Below, in pieces: positions 58,042 through 64,000 of a stretch of DNA of 64,000 nucleotides. How positions within the stretch are numbered: position 1 is the first letter of the stretch; each line of letters starts with the position of its first letter. The translations under genes and the position numbers were made by a program. The notes beneath the pieces were generated by a model. That model was not told the DNA's origin. It ran no database searches and saw only the letters and a program-made list of their open reading frames with translations. The DNA is taken from contig JANQHR010000097.1 of NCBI GenBank assembly GCA_028282585.1, positions 44,638 through 108,637 on the forward strand, in the 5' to 3' direction. The DNA is from Bacteroidales bacterium. Its GTDB lineage: Bacteria > Bacteroidota > Bacteroidia > Bacteroidales > UBA12077.

Positions 58042-60118
58042 AAGCATAATCGAATATTTTTTTGTATTTAGTCTGATTCTTATTCTGAACAATAAATTAA
58101 TCGCTCAACAAGACCCCGTTACTAAACAAACTCTCGAGGATTTAATTGAAGATATAGCAAGTAGTACCGATGAAGAACTGGATTATACCAGTTTGTACGA
58201 TGATTTAAATTATTTCTTTAATAACCCGATCAACTTAAACAAGGCAACACAGGAAGAATTAGAAAAATTAAAGGTTTTAAATGATTTTCAAATAAAAAGC
58301 TTGCTTGATTATATAAGAAAAAATGGCAAAATGTTATCTATCTATGAACTACAATTGGTTTATGGATTCTCTTTGAGCGATATTTTGCTTATCCTCCCTT
58401 TCGTAACCATTTCTGAGACCAAAGCCGACGATAGTTTTAAATTTAGGTATGCACTTAAATATGGTAATAACCAGTTATTCATACGCGGACAAGAGGTATT
58501 GGAAGAACAGGTTGGCTATTCCATGGTCTCTGACTCAGCATTGTTGGCAAGCCCTAATTCAAGATATTTAGGCAGTTCATATAAAATTTACGCTAAATAC
58601 AAATATAATTATAAGGATAAGATTTATTGGGGAATTACAGCTGAAAAAGATCCTGGTGAAGAATTTTTTACTGGTAACAATCAAAATGGTTTCGATTATT
58701 ATTCTGCTCATCTTCAAGTAAGTGATATAGGATTTATTAAAACAATTACGTTAGGCGATTTTCAGGCAAAATTTGGGCAAGGTTTACTTCTTTGGTCGGA
58801 TATGGCATTAGGCAAAACGCCATATGTATTAAATGTCAGAAAAAAAGCACAAGGATTGAAAAAATACTCATCAACGAATGAAAATGTATTTATGCGTGGT
58901 GCAGGATCAACGGTTTCAATTAAAAATCTTGAACTTTCTGCATTCTATTCCAACAAAAATATTGATGCAAATATTCAGGATAGCATAGATAATGAAATTG
59001 CCAGTGTATCATCTTTTCAAAATTCAGGATATCATTCAACTCCTTCAGAGATAACAGATAAAGATGCAATTGGAGAACAAATTATCGGAGCTAATATTAC
59101 ATTTAACCACTCATTATTTAAAATCGGAATTACCGGATTAACGTATAAATACGATGCAGAACTTTTAAAAGATATAAGTCCAGAAAACCAATTTGATTTT
59201 CAAGGAGATCAAAACACCATCGTAAGTATCGATTATCAATTTAGTTTAATGAACCTGAATTTCTTTGGGGAAGAAGCAATTAGTGAGAATGGAGGAAAAG
59301 CATTCTTAAACGGAATGCTGGTAAGATTAGCACCTCAAATCTCCTTATCAGCGGTTCATCGTTTATACCAAAGGAATTTTCAATCAAATTACGGCAATGC
59401 ATTTGCCGAATCATCAGGAAATAGAAATGAATCAGGATTATATTTTGGACTAGAAATACATCCGATAAAAAACTGGAAGGTAACTGCATACTATGACAAT
59501 TATAAATTCGAGTGGTTAAAATTTGGAGTTGATGCCCCTTCAAGTGGTTATGACTGGTTTGTTCAAACAGATTTTGCGCCTAACAAAAATTTGAGTATGT
59601 ACTTTAGGTTAAAAAATGAAGAAAAATTGGTTAGCCAAAATATTGAATCAGGAATTGATCAGTTAGTAAATCAAAGGCTATTTAAAATCAGATTTAATAT
59701 TAATTCAAAAATAAGTGATCGTTTATCTTTAAAAAACCGGATAGAAACTTCTTCTTTTTCTGAAGAAAATGAAAGCTCTAGTTATGGTTATATGGTTTAC
59801 CAGGACATTTTTTACAATTTCCGAAGAATTCCATTATCTCTAAACATGCGATTAGCAGTTTTCGATACTGACTCATATGATAGTAGAATATATGCATATG
59901 AAAGCGACATATTATATGCTTTTACAATTCCCGCATACTATTCAAAAGGAACCAGAACTTACTTTAACTTAAAATACTCCATAACTAATTTTACGGATAT
60001 CTGGCTGAAATATTCGCAAACCTATTACTCTGATAAGGATATTATTTCATCAGGGTTAAACCAAATTAACGGGAACACTAAATCAGAGATTAAGATACAG
60101 GTTAGATTTAAATTTTAG
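58031..60118 (+). CDS. Helix-hairpin-helix (ComEA-like) domain fused to an outer-membrane barrel
   Basis: PINLNKATQEELEKL..LSIYELQLVYGF, EKDPGE, barrel strands, C-terminal QVRFKF. Confidence 0.75.
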   Translation: MGSKSIIEYFFVFSLILILNNKLIAQQDPVTKQTLEDLIEDIASSTDEELDYTSLYDDLNYFFNNPINLNKATQEELEKLKVLNDFQIKSLLDYIRKNGKMLSIYELQLVYGFSLSDILLILPFVTISETKADDSFKFRYALKYGNNQLFIRGQEVLEEQVGYSMVSDSALLASPNSRYLGSSYKIYAKYKYNYKDKIYWGITAEKDPGEEFFTGNNQNGFDYYSAHLQVSDIGFIKTITLGDFQAKFGQGLLLWSDMALGKTPYVLNVRKKAQGLKKYSSTNENVFMRGAGSTVSIKNLELSAFYSNKNIDANIQDSIDNEIASVSSFQNSGYHSTPSEITDKDAIGEQIIGANITFNHSLFKIGITGLTYKYDAELLKDISPENQFDFQGDQNTIVSIDYQFSLMNLNFFGEEAISENGGKAFLNGMLVRLAPQISLSAVHRLYQRNFQSNYGNAFAESSGNRNESGLYFGLEIHPIKNWKVTAYYDNYKFEWLKFGVDAPSSGYDWFVQTDFAPNKNLSMYFRLKNEEKLVSQNIESGIDQLVNQRLFKIRFNINSKISDRLSLKNRIETSSFSEENESSSYGYMVYQDIFYNFRRIPLSLNMRLAVFDTDSYDSRIYAYESDILYAFTIPAYYSKGTRTYFNLKYSITNFTDIWLKYSQTYYSDKDIISSGLNQINGNTKSEIKIQVRFKF

Positions 60119-61857
60119 ACACGTGGCTCCTCAACTATGCTGTTTACCTTTATATCCTTAATGTTTAGTTGTAAAGTTATATTTCCTCTAAAGCTATTCT
60201 CATCAATTGAGTAACAGATATCAAAATAATCCCCGGAACTTATATATTCAAATAAATTGGCTTGTTGAAAGGCAATTGCCGGATAGCTCTTAAATGGCTC
60301 ATCTTCCTGCACCAAAGAAAGTTTTAAATGCTCTTTACCTAATCCAACAATTCTTCCTTCACCATTATCAGCAACATCTTTTGTTACAAAAACCGGTGCC
60401 ATATTTCCTGGTCCAAATGGTTGAAATTGCTTTAAGATCTTATAGAATTTAGGAGTAATGTCTTTCAACTTTAGTCTTGCATCAATATCAACTTGCGGAA
60501 CTAATTGATCTTCGCTAATAGTTTCGCTAACTATCTTTTCCAACCTTTCCGCGAATTTTGGAACATTTTCAATTTTTAGTGTTAACCCGGCAGCATACAT
60601 ATGCCCTCCAAAGTTTTCCAATAAATCACTACATGATTCTATAGCCTGATATATATCATATCCCACCACAGATCTTGCTGAACCTGTTGCCAATCCATTA
60701 GAAGCTGTTAAAACCACAGTTGGGCGATAATAAGTTTCAATTAATCTAGAAGCAACTATACCAACAACACCTTTATGCCATTTCGAATTATAAAGTATTG
60801 TTGCCGTTTTCTTAATGCCTTTTTCTTCTTCTTGGGCTAGCAAACGCAAAGCATCCTGCGTTATATTTCGGTCGATGTTTTTACGGGCATCATTAAAAAA
60901 ATTCACGCTATTTGCTGCTACTTTTGCTTTTCTGGCATTAACTGCTAATAGTAATTCAACTGCTTTGTCCGCTGATTCCATCCTACCGGCAGCATTAATT
61001 CTCGGACCGATTTTAAAAACTATATCTTCAACTGCAATATCCTTTTCCGCTAAACCAGATAAATTAATTATAGATTTTAATCCTTCCCTAGGGTCTTTAT
61101 TTAATTGAATCAATCCATAATGAGCTAGTATTCTGTTTTCATCCGTAATTGAAACAATATCAGAAGCTATACTAACCACAACTAAATCAAGGTATTGCGT
61201 CAATTTATCGAAATCAATATTATTGGTTTTAGCATATGCCTGGATCAATTTGAATCCAACACCGCAGCCGGAAAGATCCTTAAAAGGATATTCGCAATCT
61301 TCTCTTTTTGGATCAAGAACTGCTTCAGCATTAGGTAATTCATCTCCAGGAAAATGGTGGTCACAAATAATAAAATCTATTCCATTTTGTTTGGCATAAC
61401 TAATTTTCTCATTGGCTTTTATACCACAATCCAGCGCAATAATTAAGGAATAGTCATTTTCTTGTGCATGCTGGATTCCTTGTAAAGAAATTCCGTATCC
61501 CTCGCTATATCTGTCGGGGACATAATAACCCATATTATCGTAAATTTCTTTATAAAAGGAATAAACCAATGCTACAGATGTAGTTCCATCTACATCGTAA
61601 TCTCCATAAACCAGGATCTTTTCATTCCTTTCAATTGCTTTTTCGATGCGTTCAATGGCTCGATCCATATCTTTCATTAAGAAAGGATCATAAAGATCAT
61701 CGAGTTGAGGACGAAAGAAAGCTTTTGCCTGATCAAACGATTTAACACCTCTTTGAACTAAGAGGTTTGCTAGTGCGGGTTCTATGTTTAATTCGTTTGC
61801 CAGTTTCTCATTTTCTTCCTTGCTCCCTTGCTTTTTGAGCACCCACCTTTTTTCCAT
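60115..61857 (-). CDS. recJ: Single-stranded DNA exonuclease RecJ
   Basis: YGDYDVDG, DCG, DHH, PRINAAGR, GSARS, FGGHMYAAG. Confidence 0.96.
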   Translation of the reverse strand: MEKRWVLKKQGSKEENEKLANELNIEPALANLLVQRGVKSFDQAKAFFRPQLDDLYDPFLMKDMDRAIERIEKAIERNEKILVYGDYDVDGTTSVALVYSFYKEIYDNMGYYVPDRYSEGYGISLQGIQHAQENDYSLIIALDCGIKANEKISYAKQNGIDFIICDHHFPGDELPNAEAVLDPKREDCEYPFKDLSGCGVGFKLIQAYAKTNNIDFDKLTQYLDLVVVSIASDIVSITDENRILAHYGLIQLNKDPREGLKSIINLSGLAEKDIAVEDIVFKIGPRINAAGRMESADKAVELLLAVNARKAKVAANSVNFFNDARKNIDRNITQDALRLLAQEEEKGIKKTATILYNSKWHKGVVGIVASRLIETYYRPTVVLTASNGLATGSARSVVGYDIYQAIESCSDLLENFGGHMYAAGLTLKIENVPKFAERLEKIVSETISEDQLVPQVDIDARLKLKDITPKFYKILKQFQPFGPGNMAPVFVTKDVADNGEGRIVGLGKEHLKLSLVQEDEPFKSYPAIAFQQANLFEYISSGDYFDICYSIDENSFRGNITLQLNIKDIKVNSIVEEPRV

Positions 61858-61919
61858 ATATAATTTCCATATTTTTTTACTTTTTAAAGCCTGAAATATT
61901 CATAAAAGTTATGAATTAA

Positions 61920-62618
61920 TCAGGTAAGATTCATCCCGAATACCTGTTTCATTTTTTCTCTGAGAGCATCTTTTACACTTTCAAAATCCTGTTTTTCACC
62001 TAATTCTTTCTCCATAGATGTTACTCCTTTATCAATAAATCCGCATGGATTTATATGATTAAAATATTCGAGATTTGTGTTGACATTTAAAGCAAATCCA
62101 TGCATTGTTATAAAACGGCTTGCTTTTACGCCAATCGCACAAATTTTTCTTGCCCTATTAGTATCCGAGTCTAACCACACGCCTGTTGCTCCTTGCAGTC
62201 TTCCGGCCTCAATTCCATATTCTTTTAAAGCAAGAATTATTGATTCTTCTAAATTAGCAATATATTGTTTCACCTGCAAATTAAAACGCTCAAGATCAAT
62301 AACCGGGTAACCTACAATTTGCCCCGGACCATGATACGTTATATCTCCCCCACGGTTTGTTTTAAAATATGTTGCTTGTATCTTATTTAAAAACTCATCG
62401 TTGATCAATAAATTGTTTTGCTCCCCACTTTTTCCCAGAGTATAAACATGAGGGTGTTCACAAAATAATACATTCCCTTCAATTTCTTCTTGCTGGTTTT
62501 CAGGCAAATCTCTGTTCTCTGCTTTAATTTTAATGTAATCTGAAAATATTTTTTCCTGATAATCCCAGGCGTTTTTATATTCGATTAAACCTAAATCTTC
62601 AAATTTTACTTGCTTCAT
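61920..62618 (-). CDS. lipB: Octanoyltransferase LipB
   Basis: EHPHVYTLG, RGGDITYHGPGQ, KICAIG, HGFALN, PCG. Confidence 0.96.
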   Translation of the reverse strand: MKQVKFEDLGLIEYKNAWDYQEKIFSDYIKIKAENRDLPENQQEEIEGNVLFCEHPHVYTLGKSGEQNNLLINDEFLNKIQATYFKTNRGGDITYHGPGQIVGYPVIDLERFNLQVKQYIANLEESIILALKEYGIEAGRLQGATGVWLDSDTNRARKICAIGVKASRFITMHGFALNVNTNLEYFNHINPCGFIDKGVTSMEKELGEKQDFESVKDALREKMKQVFGMNLT

Positions 62619-62672
62619 TTCAAAATACCAAATTGGTTCAATTTAATGTATAAAAAACATAATTACTCTTTT

Positions 62673-62758
62673 TTCACCCTCTGCCTTTCAGGCATCTCCC
62701 TCAAGGGAGAACAAGTGTAATTATATCCTCCTTGGAGGGAGGAGACCGGAGAGTGAAT
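62673..62758. repeat. REP-like element, copy 2: GC-rich imperfect palindrome between lipA and lipB
   Basis: ttcaccctct...ctccctcaagggag...tcctccttggagggagg...gagagtgaa; shares TCACCCTC and CCTCAAGGGAG with 11626-11667. Confidence 0.6.
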
Positions 62759-62761
62759 TCT

Positions 62762-63628
62762 TTAATTAGAACACACATGGTTTTCAGCCCGGTACGATGA
62801 TCTTACCAAAGGGCTGCTTTCTACAAACCGAAACCCTTTTTCTAATCCGATTTTTTTATACTCCTCGAATTTTTCAGGTGTAACATATTTAACAACAGGC
62901 ATATGGTCAGCTGTTGGAGCTAAATATTGTCCTATGGTCATTACTTCGCAACCTACAGATAATAAATCATCCATAGTCTGAACAATTTCCTCCTCAATCT
63001 CTCCTAATCCTAGCATAATTCCCGATTTTGCGGTTAAACCGGATTTTGCAATTTGACCGATAACTTGTAAACTTCGCCTATATTTTGCCCTGGTTCTTAT
63101 TTGTGGAGCTAATCGTTCTACAGTTTCCAGGTTATGCGATATAACTTCAGGATTTGCTTCAATTACTTGATGAATATCCTTCTCAACTCCATCAAAGTCG
63201 GGAATAAGCGCTTCTATGGTTGTTCCTGGATTTAATATCTTGATTTTTTTGATTGTATCAGCCCAAAAAGCAGCACCGCCGTCATCCAAATCATCGCGAT
63301 CAACAGAAGTAATTACACAATGTTTTACGTTCATAAGCTTCACTGATTCCGCAATTCGGTTTGATTCGTCCCAATCAACGGGTAATGGCTTTCCGGTTTT
63401 TACTCCACAGAATTTGCAAGAACGAGTACAAATTTCTCCTAAAATCATAAAGGTCGCTGTTCCACGATTCCAGCAATCACCAATGTTGGGGCAATTACCA
63501 CTTGTGCAAATAGTATGCAAATTATGTTTTTTAACGGTGTTTTTTACTTTCGAGTACGATTCACCTTTTGGCATTTGCATCTTCATCCATTGAGGTAACC
63601 GCCTAATGTTTTTATTTCTTGTTTCCAT
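62762..63628 (-). CDS. lipA: Lipoyl synthase
   Basis: CTSGNCPNIGDC, CTRSCKFC, ITSVDRDDL, RSSY. Confidence 0.97.
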   Translation of the reverse strand: METRNKNIRRLPQWMKMQMPKGESYSKVKNTVKKHNLHTICTSGNCPNIGDCWNRGTATFMILGEICTRSCKFCGVKTGKPLPVDWDESNRIAESVKLMNVKHCVITSVDRDDLDDGGAAFWADTIKKIKILNPGTTIEALIPDFDGVEKDIHQVIEANPEVISHNLETVERLAPQIRTRAKYRRSLQVIGQIAKSGLTAKSGIMLGLGEIEEEIVQTMDDLLSVGCEVMTIGQYLAPTADHMPVVKYVTPEKFEEYKKIGLEKGFRFVESSPLVRSSYRAENHVCSN

Positions 63629-63652
63629 TTCCCCTCCTAAAAAATTGAGCTA

Positions 63653-63660
63653 CAAAATTA
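63653..63660 (-). promoter_or_regulatory. Bacteroidota -7 element for lipA
   Basis: Minus-strand TAATTTTG about 25 nt upstream of the ATG. Confidence 0.55.
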
Positions 63661-64000
63661 AATCATTCTAAGCTAAATAATTCAAAAAACCGGAATTATT
63701 CTAATGATGTAAGATAAATAACTATTTGATGAATTATCAAATCAGTATTTCTATAACCGGAGTTAACCTGTACTATTCATAGATTATTTACAGACTTTTA
63801 AACTTATCGCTGTAAGGTTTTCTGAAAAGTTGAGATAAAATGTAGAATAGTGAGAATAATGGAATATTACCTGTAAGCAGACGTGAGTCAATGTAACATT
63901 TAATTATGAAAGCTATTTTAAAAATCCAATAATACCCTTATTTACATGATTTAATGTTTTAGCTTTTAAAATGTAATATTACTTTTAATTAGAATAATAA

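Noticed and set aside
680-63593. Short ORF-track entries overlapping larger genes (e.g. 680-892, 4082-4297, 6001-6228, 7368-7685, 11031-11315, 60815-61108, 63216-63593)
   Set aside because: Antisense or off-frame shadows of well-supported genes, with no recognisable motifs or independent expression signals.
63885-63915. dif-like sequence atgtaacatttaattatgaaagc
   Set aside because: The central spacer is too short and the XerC/XerD arms match poorly.

Overview
AT-rich, gene-dense chromosomal segment of a Bacteroidota bacterium, probably Bacteroidales-like. Supporting signs are a short Bacteroidota-type primary sigma factor, TAnnTTTG promoter -7 boxes, PorQ and a T9SS C-terminal-domain protein. 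Most of the window is housekeeping: pepT, sigma70, cmk, ispH, priA, parAB, mltD, msbA-like ABC, aroK, parC/parE, lplA, obgE, adk, hpt, purE, recJ, lipB, lipA. I found no rRNA, tRNA, CRISPR array, integrase or transposase. Best leads: (1) a divergent DAG-kinase / PlcP-like phosphoesterase + glycosyltransferase locus with a TTAACA 11-bp-periodic direct repeat, a candidate phosphate-starvation membrane-remodelling switch; (2) an orphan double-glycine-leader, 4-Cys peptide gene between trmJ/lasT and an unannotated, roughly 82%-identical second copy of that gene's 3' end, probably an integration or recombination scar; (3) a TlpA + Cys-tailed outer-membrane barrel + T9SS-exported thioredoxin operon; (4) a DPP-III/M49 lipoprotein that has lost both zinc-binding His; (5) DnaA-box-like motifs upstream of parE and parA, plus several REP-like palindromic elements. 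All protein calls come from motif recognition by eye; no database searches were run.
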